From: Deferribacterales bacterium
GTDB lineage: Bacteria; Chrysiogenota; Deferribacteres; Deferribacterales; Geovibrionaceae
DNA: 64,000 nt
Assembly: GCA_050253075.1 (NCBI GenBank)
Contig: JBFWJS010000007.1
Span: 113,801-177,800 of the forward strand
Direction of reading: 5' to 3'
Part shown: positions 1 to 9,635 of the stretch, piece by piece
Numbering within the stretch: position 1 is the stretch's first letter
Layout: each line of letters opens with the position of its first letter
The notes under the pieces: generated by a model
Databases searched by the model: none
What the model was told of the DNA's origin: nothing
What the model saw: only the letters and a program-made list of their open reading frames with translations
Position numbers and translations under genes: made by a program

Positions 1-1
1 G

Positions 2-652
2 TCGGGACTGAAAGTTTGCGCCCATTCATGCTATCTGATAAACCTCGCATCATTCAAAGATGACACATACCAGAAATCTCTCACATGTATAAGGGACGAG
101 CTGTCACGCTGCGACAGGCTCGGCGTGCCTTCGTATGTGATACACCCGGGCTCCCACGTGGGCGAGGGCGAGCAGGCGGGGATAAAGCGCATAGCCGAGA
201 GTCTGGACAGGATATACGACGAAGGCTATGAGTGCATGACGCTTCTGGAAATGGTCGCCGGCATGGGTACAAACATTGGCTACAGCATAGAAAATATGCT
301 TGATATAATTAAGTACTCAAACCATAAGGAAAAGCTGGGGATATGCCTTGATTCCTGCCATATATTTGCCGCAGGATATGATGTGAAAGATGATTATGAC
401 AAAGTATTTAACGATCTGTTCGACGCATTCGGGGATAAGATAAAGGTGTTCCACCTGAACGACAGCTTAAAACCTTTGGGGAGCAGACGTGACAGACATG
501 CTAAAATAGGTGAGGGTGAGATAGGCGGGGAGTTTTTTAAAAAAGTCGTGAACGACGACAGATTTAATGATATCCTCGGCATATTGGAGACACCCGTTGA
601 AGAGAATTATTCGGACGAGATAAAACTGCTGAAAAGCTATAGGGAGAAATAA
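2..652 (+). CDS. nfo: Endonuclease IV (AP endonuclease), 5' end truncated by the window
   Basis: The frame is open from base 2 (AHSCYLINLAS), upstream of the listed start at 125. Motifs HPGS, LLE, CLDSCH, FHLNDS, RDRHAKIG, ILETP. Confidence 0.92.
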   Translation, partial: SGLKVCAHSCYLINLASFKDDTYQKSLTCIRDELSRCDRLGVPSYVIHPGSHVGEGEQAGIKRIAESLDRIYDEGYECMTLLEMVAGMGTNIGYSIENMLDIIKYSNHKEKLGICLDSCHIFAAGYDVKDDYDKVFNDLFDAFGDKIKVFHLNDSLKPLGSRRDRHAKIGEGEIGGEFFKKVVNDDRFNDILGILETPVEENYSDEIKLLKSYREK

Positions 653-653
653 G

Positions 654-2198
654 ATGGAAATGACTGAGACACCCGTTGTTACGGTTATGAAAGACATACT
701 GAGACCTGACAAGATACTCGAGACTCACATTTCATATGTTTTTATAAAAGACGACTACGTTTATAAGGTGAAGAAGGGGGTTGATTTCGGCTTCCTTGAT
801 TTCTCCTCTAAAAAGAGACGCAAAGCTATGTGCCTTGTTGAAAAAGACCTTAACGAAAGATTCTGCAAGGATATATACCTCGAAGTGCTGAAGATAGCCA
901 GACTGGAAAAGAAGTTTGAGCTGGTCCCCTTCGACAGCAGCCTGCTCACGCTGGACTACTGTCTTAAGATGAAGCGTATCGAGGATGAAAAGTTCCTTTC
1001 CACAAAGGTAAAGAACGGTGAGGTGGATGCCACCGACGCCGTAGAGATAGGTAAGAAGATTGCAGAGCTCTTCAAAGGGCTGGAGACAGACCCTTATGCG
1101 GCGGAGTTCAACGGCAGCGCAGAGATAGTGCGACAGAACTGCATAGAGAACTTTGACCAGATAAAGCCCTTCTGCGGGCGTTTTGTGGATGATGCCGATG
1201 TGGAGTTCATAAAAAAGCAGACTGTCAGATACTTAGATGAAAACAGCGCACTCCTTAATAAAAGGGTGAAAGAAGGCTTTGTGGTGGACGGACACGGCGA
1301 CCTCAGGCTGGAGCATATATACATGGACGGCGACGAATTCGGTCTCATCGACTGCATCGAGTTCAACAAGCGCTTCCGCTTTAACGACGTAATGTCTGAG
1401 ATATCATTCCTCTGCACCGAGTCCGATATGATGGGCGACACAGCCTTCGCAGACGGACTTATGGACGGATTCCTCTCTGTTTATGACGATGCGGAGAGCT
1501 CAAAACTCATTAACTTTTACAAAGCATACAGGGCTATGGTTCGGGCAAAGGTTGCCTGCTTCCTCCTCGCTGATAAAGATGAAAGCTGGGAGCTCTATGC
1601 GGATAAAAAGGCAGAGATAGAGACATACATGCGTATGGCTGTCACCTATGCTCTGAACATGTTCGAGACATCCACAATGATATTCTACGGGCTGATGGCG
1701 AGCGGAAAGACAAAGAACGCCCGACTCTTCGCAGAGCTTTACCCTGTGGAGCATGTGAACACGGATGTTGTGCGCAAGCTCATGCACGGGATAGACCCTG
1801 ATGCTAATGTACATGTGGATTACGGTGCGGATCTCTACTCAGCGGAAAATTCGCAGAAGCTGTATGAAGAGCTCGGCGAAATGGCGGACAGCAACAGACA
1901 GCTCGGACGCATGACCATTATTGACGGCAGTTTCAGCAAGGTAAAATATCTGGACTACCTCAAAGAGAACTACGAAGGCGAATTTATAAAGATACGCTTC
2001 TTTGCCCCTGAGGATGTCGTGATGGACAGGCTGGAAAAACGCAGGGAAAAGGTTTTAGCATCAGACGGCAGACCGGAGATATACGAGGCGCAGAAAGCAT
2101 CCGCAGAGGAGATCGGCGCAGATTTTGAAATAGAAACAACAGGCCATGCGGAAGACAACGCAAAGGCCGTTATCGGATATTTAATTGATAAAGCATAA
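654..2198 (+). CDS. Bifunctional aminoglycoside-phosphotransferase-like kinase / P-loop (AAA_33-type) kinase
   Basis: N-terminal ETHIS, KVKK, HGDLRLEHI, DCIEFN; C-terminal Walker A GLMASGKT, DVVRK, IIDGSF. Confidence 0.85.
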   Translation: MEMTETPVVTVMKDILRPDKILETHISYVFIKDDYVYKVKKGVDFGFLDFSSKKRRKAMCLVEKDLNERFCKDIYLEVLKIARLEKKFELVPFDSSLLTLDYCLKMKRIEDEKFLSTKVKNGEVDATDAVEIGKKIAELFKGLETDPYAAEFNGSAEIVRQNCIENFDQIKPFCGRFVDDADVEFIKKQTVRYLDENSALLNKRVKEGFVVDGHGDLRLEHIYMDGDEFGLIDCIEFNKRFRFNDVMSEISFLCTESDMMGDTAFADGLMDGFLSVYDDAESSKLINFYKAYRAMVRAKVACFLLADKDESWELYADKKAEIETYMRMAVTYALNMFETSTMIFYGLMASGKTKNARLFAELYPVEHVNTDVVRKLMHGIDPDANVHVDYGADLYSAENSQKLYEELGEMADSNRQLGRMTIIDGSFSKVKYLDYLKENYEGEFIKIRFFAPEDVVMDRLEKRREKVLASDGRPEIYEAQKASAEEIGADFEIETTGHAEDNAKAVIGYLIDKA

Positions 2199-3177
2199 CT
2201 TTGAAATAAAACAGGTGAACTCGCCCTTTGAGGACACCGCATTTTTTGTAAGAAATATATATAAGCCTGACGGGCTCCTCTTTGACTGCGGGCGCATCGG
2301 ACCACTGTCTAACAGTGAGGTGCTCTCCATCACAGAGATACTCATCAGCCACACCCATATAGACCACTTCTACGGCTTTGACCGCATACTCAGAGGCACG
2401 CTCCTCAGCGGGAAGAAGTTCCGTGTTTTCGGCCCCCCGGGGATAATAAAGAACGTGCAGGGGAAGATAGACTCCTACACATGGAACCTGATAAAGGATT
2501 ACCCCGTCAGCTATGAAGTGATAGAGCTGAACATGGAGAAGAAAGAGTATAAAACGGCATACTTCTCCGCTGCGAACGGCTTTATCAGAGAGGATGGTGT
2601 GTTAAAGCACTCTGAGCTCTCTTTAACGGGCGGTTTTAAGCTGGATTTCGAATTTTTCGACCATAGGGTGCCGTCGGTAGGATATCGTGTCACAGAGCCT
2701 GATATGGTCGCTGTGTCGAAGGTGAGGGTGAAGGAGCTCGGCTTCAAAGAAGGGAAGTGGCTCGCAGAGCTGAAGGATAAAGTGCTCGCAGGGCTCATGG
2801 ATGACGACATCGTCGCAGATACCGCAAGCGGAAAGACATCCATGAAGGTGAGCAAAGCAGCAGAGCAGATAATAGAGCCTGTGCAGTCCCAGTCTGTCAC
2901 ATACATCACAGACATTGCGCCGTCTTTCGACAATGTGCGTAAGGCCATCAGCTTTGCAAAGGATTCGACAATACTGCTGATAGAGTCCATGTTCCTGAAA
3001 AAAGATGTGCTCCATGCGAATAATAAGAAGCACCTTACGCTTGAGCTTTCGAAATATATTTTCCGTGAGAGCGGGGCGGGCTTTGTACGCTTTTTCCATT
3101 TCACATCCAGATACGACAGCAGTAAGAAGGACTTTTATAACGCACTTTATGACGGCATGGACGGCCGCATACTTTAA
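2185..3177 (+). CDS. Ribonuclease Z-like metallo-beta-lactamase-fold protein
   Basis: FDCG, HTHIDH, DHRVPSVGY, flexible-arm-like GKWL segment, YITD, HLT, FHFTSRY. Confidence 0.8.
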   Translation: MIKHNFEIKQVNSPFEDTAFFVRNIYKPDGLLFDCGRIGPLSNSEVLSITEILISHTHIDHFYGFDRILRGTLLSGKKFRVFGPPGIIKNVQGKIDSYTWNLIKDYPVSYEVIELNMEKKEYKTAYFSAANGFIREDGVLKHSELSLTGGFKLDFEFFDHRVPSVGYRVTEPDMVAVSKVRVKELGFKEGKWLAELKDKVLAGLMDDDIVADTASGKTSMKVSKAAEQIIEPVQSQSVTYITDIAPSFDNVRKAISFAKDSTILLIESMFLKKDVLHANNKKHLTLELSKYIFRESGAGFVRFFHFTSRYDSSKKDFYNALYDGMDGRIL

Positions 3178-3179
3178 TA

Positions 3180-4103
3180 ATGAAAAAGTATCTGGTATTA
3201 TCAGTTTTAATTATTACAGCGGTGATATACATGAATTCCGGACGACCTTTACACGAGCTTAAACCTTTTACAGACCTTACGGAAGTTGACGATGCAGAGC
3301 TCCTTGATCTGGACTTTAAAAAGTCTGAATCAGAGGATGTGAAGCTGGAGGCGAACTATCCGCAGTTTCACAAAGGGGGCGATGTGGGCGTGCTCATCAT
3401 GCACGGCTTCACGGCTTCGCCGCTGGAGATGCAGCCCATAGCCGACTTTCTCATAGAGCAGGGATTCAGCGTGTATCAGGTGCGCACGTCGGGGCACGGC
3501 TCCATCCCTGAGCATCTAAACCTTACGACGTATCAGGACTGGTACGAATCTGCCAGATACGGCTACTTTGTGCTGAAGCGCAACTGTAAGAAGGTTTTCA
3601 CACTGGGCGAGTCGATGGGCGGGGCTATGGCTCTCACTATATCCGCACACAACGACACGGACGGGGCAATACTCCTTGCGCCGTGTATAAAGATAAGAAG
3701 CAACCTCACAAGGTTTAGCCCTATACTGTCAAAGTTTGTGAAGCTGATACCAAAGGTCGCAGCCAAAGCATGGACAGACGACGTTAAAGGCGTTTACTAT
3801 GAGCAGTGGCCTGTGGTGGGGATATATCAGCTCCTTATGTATACCAATTATTTAAAAGAAAATATGGACCTTTTCAGCTTCCCTATGCTCGGCTTTCAGT
3901 TTCCGAACGATGCCGTTGTCAGCGGGAAAGCCACCAGAGAATTCTTTGAAAATGCGCCGTCAGAAGACAAGACATACGTCGAATTTCCCGACAAGCTGAG
4001 CCTGACGCACATACTGGTTTCAAAGAAAAATGTTTACAGGGACGAAATGTTTACTAAAATAGCGGAATGGCTTAATGAAAGAGGTGTGAAAGATGATCAG
4101 TAA
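3180..4103 (+). CDS. Alpha/beta hydrolase (carboxylesterase family) with N-terminal signal or anchor
   Basis: HGFTASP oxyanion motif, GHG, nucleophile elbow GESMGG, candidate Asp (NDAVV) and His (THIL); hydrophobic N-terminus. Confidence 0.85.
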   Translation: MKKYLVLSVLIITAVIYMNSGRPLHELKPFTDLTEVDDAELLDLDFKKSESEDVKLEANYPQFHKGGDVGVLIMHGFTASPLEMQPIADFLIEQGFSVYQVRTSGHGSIPEHLNLTTYQDWYESARYGYFVLKRNCKKVFTLGESMGGAMALTISAHNDTDGAILLAPCIKIRSNLTRFSPILSKFVKLIPKVAAKAWTDDVKGVYYEQWPVVGIYQLLMYTNYLKENMDLFSFPMLGFQFPNDAVVSGKATREFFENAPSEDKTYVEFPDKLSLTHILVSKKNVYRDEMFTKIAEWLNERGVKDDQ

Positions 4104-4911
4104 AAACAAGATTGGCTTTATCGGCGGCGGAAACATGGCAGAAGCTCTGCTGAAAGGTATGCTCAGCGCCGCAGGGCCTCTCGACGTGGCTGTCAGCGAT
4201 CTGAATACGAACAGGCTGGAGCTATTCAAAACTCAATACGGCGTGGACGCCATAACAAAAGATAATAAAAAGGTCGTCGAATACGCCGACGTTATAATAC
4301 TGGCTGTAAAGCCGCAGATCATCCCCGTTATACTCGAAGAGGTCAGGGAACTCGTGACAAAAGACAAGCTGATTGTCTCCATAGCTGCGGGCGTGCTGAC
4401 AGGGTCTATCGAGGCTCATCTTCAGGCAGGCAGCAGAGTAGTGCGTGTAATGCCTAATACTCCTGCTCTCGTGGGGCTGGGGGCTACAGGCATATGCAAA
4501 GGTGCAAACGCCACATCGGACGATATCGATCTCGTGGAAAAAATGATGAATACCATAGGCATCAGCGTTGTCGTGGGCGAAGACAGGATGGACGCCATCA
4601 CCGGTCTTTCAGGCAGCGGTCCTGCTTATGTCTATACATTCATAGACGCTCTCGCAGACGCAGGGGTGAACATGGGTCTGACAAGGGTGAACGCTGTGAA
4701 GCTCGCCGCTCAGACCGTCATAGGAGCCGCAAAAATGGTTCAGGAGACAGGCATACACCCTATGCAGCTTAAGGATAATGTTACGACACCTGCGGGCACG
4801 ACAATATGCGCCCTGCACGAGCTGGACAAGGGAGCCTTTAAATCTACCGTAATGAGCGCAGTGGAAGCGGCTACAAAGAAGGCAGCTCTCCTTGGTAAGA
4901 CTAGTAAGTAA
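4093..4911 (+). CDS. proC: Pyrroline-5-carboxylate reductase
   Basis: GFIGGGNMA, LAVKPQ, SIAAGV, RVMPNTP, GLSGSGPAY, VTTPAGTT. Confidence 0.97.
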   Translation: MISKNKIGFIGGGNMAEALLKGMLSAAGPLDVAVSDLNTNRLELFKTQYGVDAITKDNKKVVEYADVIILAVKPQIIPVILEEVRELVTKDKLIVSIAAGVLTGSIEAHLQAGSRVVRVMPNTPALVGLGATGICKGANATSDDIDLVEKMMNTIGISVVVGEDRMDAITGLSGSGPAYVYTFIDALADAGVNMGLTRVNAVKLAAQTVIGAAKMVQETGIHPMQLKDNVTTPAGTTICALHELDKGAFKSTVMSAVEAATKKAALLGKTSK

Positions 4912-4935
4912 TTAATTTATATTTTCAGATAAAAG

Positions 4936-4966
4936 AAAAGGGCATGTTTTTCGCATGCCCTTTTTT
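4936..4966. terminator. Bidirectional intrinsic terminator between convergent proC and hypD
   Basis: AAAAGGGCATG-ttttt-cg-CATGCCCTTTTTT, with an A-tract before and a T-tract after. Confidence 0.85.
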
Positions 4967-4968
4967 AT

Positions 4969-7326
4969 TTACGCCGATTCGTGCTCGGTTCTTTTTATGA
5001 TCTCTTCCTGAAGCTCGTCTGTGATGTCTACGAAATAGTCTGAGTATCCCGCAACTCTCACGATGAGGTCTCTGTAGTTCTCAGGTTTTGCCTGAGCCTC
5101 ACGCAGGATCTTTTCGTCCATAACGTTGAACTGTATGTGGTGTCCGTCCATACGGAAGTATGAGCGCACCAGCCTGCATACATTGTCTATACCTTCGTCG
5201 GTATACATGAACTCTTTGGAGAATCTCTGGTTCAGCAGTGTACCGCCTGTGCGGAGGTGGTCTATCTTAGACGCTGATTTTATAACTGCCGTAGGGCCGT
5301 GTCTGTCTGCGCCCTGAACGGGGGAGATACCTTCGGAGAGCGGGATCTTATTCTTGCGTCCGTCGGGCATAGCACCGATAACACTGCCGAAATACACGTG
5401 TGATGTCGTCGGCAGGAGGTTTATCCTGTGGTATCCGTTGCGTACGTTCGGTCTGCCGTTTACAGACTCGTAGAACATCTCGAATATTTCACGCATAAGG
5501 TCGTCTGCATAGTCGTCGTCATTTCCGTATTTCGGAGTATCTTCGAGCAGTATGGCTCTCAGGTCGCCGTATCCTTCGAAGTCTGCTTCCATAGCTTTCA
5601 GCATGTCGTTCATGGATATTATCTTTTTGTCAAAGATATTGTACTTCAGCGATGCGAGACAGTCTGTTATAGAGCCGAGACCGACACCCTGAATGTATGT
5701 GGTGTTATATCTTGCTCCGCCTGCGTTATAGTCCTTTCCGTTTTTGATACAGTCCTGTGTCAGTATGCTGAGGAAAGGGACGGGGATGTATTTGGCGAAG
5801 AGTTTCTCTATCACCATGTTTCCGCGTATTTTCACATCTATGAAGTAGTTGAGCTGAGTTTTATATATTTCCATCAGCTCTTCAAAGCTGGCGAAATCTG
5901 TCTTGGTCTTAAGCCCGACCTGCTTCTCGGTGCGTTTGTCGTATCCGCCGTAGAGAGTAAGCTCGAGAACCTTTGCGAGGTTGAAATAACCTGAAAGGAA
6001 GTAAGCTTCTGTGCCGAATGCGCCTGATTCCACACATCCTGATGCACCGCCGTTTCTGGCGTCTACGATGTCTTTACCCTGACGCATAAGTTCCTGTACG
6101 ATAGCGTCGGTGTTGAATATAGAAGGCTGACCGAAGCCTGTCTTAACTATATGCAGGGCACGCTTGAGGAACCTGTCGGGGTTCTTTTTAGATATCTGCA
6201 CCATAGAGCTGGGCTGAAGAAGGCGCATGTTCTCTATCACATCGAGCAGAACGTATGAAAGGTCGTTCACGGCGTCTGAGCCGTCTTCCTTTACGCCGCC
6301 GATATTGATGAGTGAGAAGTCAGTGTATGTGTTTGACTCCTTTGCCGTTACGCCCACTTTCGGAGGAGAAGGGTGGTTGTTAAACTTCACCCAGAAGGAG
6401 CTGAGGAGCTCTTTTGCGCTCTCTTCCGTTATCCTTCCTGATTCTATATCCGCTTTATAGAATGGATAGAGGTGCTGGTCGAGCCTGCCCGGGTTGAAAG
6501 AGTCCCACGGGTTTGTCTCGGTGATAACACCTATATGCAGAAACCAGTAAAGCTGCAGAGCCTCCCAGAAGCTCTCGGGAGCGTTGCCAGGTACACGGGA
6601 GCATATAGAGCTCATTTCCTGAAGCTCGAGCTTGCGCTTTGTATCTGTTTCGGCATCTGCCATCTTTTTGAGTGCTATTGCGTTTCTCTCGGCGAAGTTG
6701 ATCATGGCGTCCGCAGCGACCAGCATAGCCTGAAGCTCTTCGTTCTTGTCGAATGCTTCGGGGTCGTTGTGATAGTCGAGTGCTGCTATTGCCTCTTTAA
6801 CTTCTTCTTTCAGTCCGTTCAGACCTGTGCTGAAGACCTTTTTGCCGAGTACTGTGTGTCCGGGAGCTCTCTGCTCCTGAAACTCTGTGAAGACACCTGC
6901 GGAATAGGCTGCGTGCCATTCGGGTGTCATGTAGTGCATCACTTTTTCACGGTGGGATTTACCCTCCCAGAAGGGGAGCACTATCTCTTTGTGGAGCTTG
7001 CGGTTTTCATCATCGACCTTAAAGGAGACCTTTGGTCTGTTGTGAAGCATGTCGAAGTCATCCTCTGAGTGTATGCACACTTCAGGGTAGGTCGGCGTTG
7101 CTTTCGCTTTTGGTCCGCGTTCGCCCACTATGAGCTCTCCGTCGTGGAAGCAGAGCTCTTTTTTATCCATGATATAGTAGAAGGCCTTTGCCCTCTGCAT
7201 AGGTATAGACAGTCCGTCGGCGCCTCCGCCAGCAAAAAATTCCGTGAGCAGCACGCCTCTTTCCGAAGAGACCGTCTCCACTGCATTCAGACTGTTTTCA
7301 CGAAGTTTTTTAATCCTGTCTGTCAT
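4969..7326 (-). CDS. hypD: Glycyl radical enzyme, trans-4-hydroxy-L-proline dehydratase
   Basis: Gly loop RVAGY and Cys loop SGCVE. HypD-type active-site set at the expected spacings: F(QEQRAPG)H, WD, S(NTYT)DF, Tyr 16 residues after the Cys, LPTT. Confidence 0.9.
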   Translation of the reverse strand: MTDRIKKLRENSLNAVETVSSERGVLLTEFFAGGGADGLSIPMQRAKAFYYIMDKKELCFHDGELIVGERGPKAKATPTYPEVCIHSEDDFDMLHNRPKVSFKVDDENRKLHKEIVLPFWEGKSHREKVMHYMTPEWHAAYSAGVFTEFQEQRAPGHTVLGKKVFSTGLNGLKEEVKEAIAALDYHNDPEAFDKNEELQAMLVAADAMINFAERNAIALKKMADAETDTKRKLELQEMSSICSRVPGNAPESFWEALQLYWFLHIGVITETNPWDSFNPGRLDQHLYPFYKADIESGRITEESAKELLSSFWVKFNNHPSPPKVGVTAKESNTYTDFSLINIGGVKEDGSDAVNDLSYVLLDVIENMRLLQPSSMVQISKKNPDRFLKRALHIVKTGFGQPSIFNTDAIVQELMRQGKDIVDARNGGASGCVESGAFGTEAYFLSGYFNLAKVLELTLYGGYDKRTEKQVGLKTKTDFASFEELMEIYKTQLNYFIDVKIRGNMVIEKLFAKYIPVPFLSILTQDCIKNGKDYNAGGARYNTTYIQGVGLGSITDCLASLKYNIFDKKIISMNDMLKAMEADFEGYGDLRAILLEDTPKYGNDDDYADDLMREIFEMFYESVNGRPNVRNGYHRINLLPTTSHVYFGSVIGAMPDGRKNKIPLSEGISPVQGADRHGPTAVIKSASKIDHLRTGGTLLNQRFSKEFMYTDEGIDNVCRLVRSYFRMDGHHIQFNVMDEKILREAQAKPENYRDLIVRVAGYSDYFVDITDELQEEIIKRTEHESA

Positions 7327-7331
7327 AAGTT

Positions 7332-8123
7332 TTATCCTCCGATACCTGTGTCGAAACCTTTCGACGAAAAGAATTTTCTGATCTTTTCCATGTGTGTCTT
7401 ATCAGGCTGTTCCACATCTTTCATGTGGTATTCCATGCCTAGTCTTCTGTATTTGTCACTGCCTATCCTGTGATACGGCAGCAGATCAATCTTAATATCG
7501 TCAAATCCGCTGAGGAACTCTGCGAGGCTCTCGATGTTTTTCTCCGTGTCTGTTATGCCCGGTATAACGGGGAACCTGACACGGACGTCCTTGCCCGCTT
7601 CTTTCAAATATCTGAAATTGTCCAGTATAGCCCTGTTGGAAACTCCGCAGTATTCCGTATGTTCTGCGTCGTCCATGAGCTTTATGTCATACAGAAAGAG
7701 GTCTGTGAGCGGCATAGCCGCATCGAGCGACTCTTTCTTTGTATACCCTGTCGTGTCTATACATGTATGTATATCATTCTTTTTGCATTCTGCCAGCAGG
7801 GAAATTAAAAAATTCTCCTGTAGGAAAACTTCTCCCCCGCTGAATGTGACTCCGCCGCCGGATTCTTCATAAAAAATGAAGTCCTTTTTAATGACCTGCA
7901 TCACTTCGGACACGGTCATTTCTTTACCGATGAGTTCTTCGCTGACGTGGACGGAATTGTCCAGTTTCAGTTCTTTCAGTATTTTCTGCGGGGCTTTGTG
8001 TCTGCTTTCAGGGTTATGACACCATATACAGGACAGGGGACACCCTTTGAGAAACACAGTGGTGCGTATCCCCGGTCCGTCGTGTACGGCGTATTGTTTA
8101 ATATCGAATACGATCCCTTTTAT
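7332..8123 (-). CDS. Glycyl-radical enzyme activating protein (radical SAM); start codon uncertain, ATA at 8123 proposed
   Basis: CPLSCIWCHNPES, GGVTFSGGE, DTTG, LLPYH. The conserved N-terminus KGIVFDIKQYAVHDGPGIRTTVF is in frame upstream of the listed GTG at 8057. Confidence 0.9.
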   Translation of the reverse strand: MKGIVFDIKQYAVHDGPGIRTTVFLKGCPLSCIWCHNPESRHKAPQKILKELKLDNSVHVSEELIGKEMTVSEVMQVIKKDFIFYEESGGGVTFSGGEVFLQENFLISLLAECKKNDIHTCIDTTGYTKKESLDAAMPLTDLFLYDIKLMDDAEHTEYCGVSNRAILDNFRYLKEAGKDVRVRFPVIPGITDTEKNIESLAEFLSGFDDIKIDLLPYHRIGSDKYRRLGMEYHMKDVEQPDKTHMEKIRKFFSSKGFDTGIGG

Positions 8124-8131
8124 AAAGCACC

Positions 8132-8848
8132 TTAACCTTTTTTACCTAGATATGCTTCCTGAACCTTAGGGTCATTCAGGAGCTCTGATGCTGCGCCTTT
8201 TATGGTCACCTGACCTACATCGAGAACATAGCCTCTGTCAGCCAGCTTAAGGGCTGCCTTCGCATTTTGCTCTACGAGGAGGACTGTCACTCCGTGTCCG
8301 GATATCTTCTTCACTGCGGAGAAGATCATCTTGACCAGAATAGGGGCGATGCCCAGTGACGGCTCGTCCAGAAGGAGAAGCTGAGGCTGTGCCATCAGCG
8401 CACGGGATATAGCCAGCATCTGCTGCTCACCGCCGGAGAGTGTTCCTGCGAGCTGCTTTCTTCTTTCCAGCAGTCTGGGGAAAAGCTCGTATATCCAGTC
8501 GAGTGTTTCTTTATCCGCTTTCTTCTGAGTGTATGCACCCAGCTTTATATTTTCCTCGACACTCAGTGTGCCGAAGACCTGTCTGCCCTCGGGGGACTGT
8601 GCCACGCCGTATTTAACGATCTTATGTGCGGGCACTTTTGTGATGTCCTGACCATTATAAATAATCTGGCCTGATTTTGGTTTCAGCAGGCCGCTTATGG
8701 TGCGCAGGGTTGTGGTCTTGCCTGCTCCGTTAGCTCCGAGGATGGAGACTATCTCACCTTTTTTAACATCGAAACTGATACCCTTGATCGCTGCGATACT
8801 TCCGTATGAAACGACAAGGTCTTTTACCTCAAGCATTGTTTCAGCCAT
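8132..8848 (-). CDS. livF: LIV-type amino acid ABC transporter ATP-binding subunit
   Basis: GANGAGKTT, SPEGRQVF, LSGGEQQML, LLDEPSLG, VEQN. Confidence 0.93.
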   Translation of the reverse strand: MAETMLEVKDLVVSYGSIAAIKGISFDVKKGEIVSILGANGAGKTTTLRTISGLLKPKSGQIIYNGQDITKVPAHKIVKYGVAQSPEGRQVFGTLSVEENIKLGAYTQKKADKETLDWIYELFPRLLERRKQLAGTLSGGEQQMLAISRALMAQPQLLLLDEPSLGIAPILVKMIFSAVKKISGHGVTVLLVEQNAKAALKLADRGYVLDVGQVTIKGAASELLNDPKVQEAYLGKKG

Positions 8849-9635
8849 TGCTCACTTCCTCCTCATCGTCGTCTGTACCGAGGTATGCCTCGATAACCAC
8901 AGGGTCGTTCTGTACGAACTCTGCTGTTCCTTCGCTGATCTTCGAGCCGAAGTTGATAACTGTTATATAGTCTACAAGCTGCATAACCATGTCCATATCA
9001 TGCTCGATAAGAAGTATCGTGATGCCCATGTCTCTTATTTTAAATATGAGATCCACAAGCTCAAGGGTCTCTTTATCGTTGAGTCCTGCTGCCGGCTCGT
9101 CGAGGATGAGCAGCTCAGGCTCTGTCGCCAGTGCTCTGGCTATCTCTACACGGCGCTGTATGCCGTATGCCAGAGAGTTTGTAGGGGTTGTAGCGTATGG
9201 CATCAGGCCGAGAAATTCCATGATCTCTTTTACCTTCAGCCAGTTGGCCTTCTCATCTTTGTTATAAAATGGAGTACTGAGAAGCCCCTGCAGCCAGTTC
9301 TGCTTAGATTTCTGATGGCGTCCGGAGATGATATTCTCTGCCACGCTCATTTTACCGAAAAGGCGTATGTTCTGAAAGGTTCTAACGATGCCGAGCCCTG
9401 CAATGTCGCAAGGGTGCTTGCCGGCTATGTTTTCGCCTTTCCATACTATTTCGCCGTCTTCCGGTTTATATATACCCGTGATGCAGTTGAAAGCTGTTGT
9501 CTTTCCCGCACCGTTGGGCCCGATGATGCCGTATATCTGTCCCTTTTCCACTTTAAAGGAGAGGGCGTCCATGGCTACTACACCGCCGAATTTCTTTGTT
9601 ACGTCTATCAGCTCTAAAAGCGGAAAGTCTTTCAT
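8841..9635 (-). CDS. livG: LIV-type amino acid ABC transporter ATP-binding subunit
   Basis: FGGVVA, GPNGAGKTT, RTFQNIRLF, LDEPAAG, IEHDM, VIEAYLG. Confidence 0.93.
   Translation of the reverse strand: MKDFPLLELIDVTKKFGGVVAMDALSFKVEKGQIYGIIGPNGAGKTTAFNCITGIYKPEDGEIVWKGENIAGKHPCDIAGLGIVRTFQNIRLFGKMSVAENIISGRHQKSKQNWLQGLLSTPFYNKDEKANWLKVKEIMEFLGLMPYATTPTNSLAYGIQRRVEIARALATEPELLILDEPAAGLNDKETLELVDLIFKIRDMGITILLIEHDMDMVMQLVDYITVINFGSKISEGTAEFVQNDPVVIEAYLGTDDDEEEVSNG

Noticed and set aside
4969..7326. Pyruvate formate-lyase or choline TMA-lyase call
   Set aside because: It has a single-Cys SGCVE loop rather than the adjacent Cys-Cys of PFL, and the residue set and context fit HypD.
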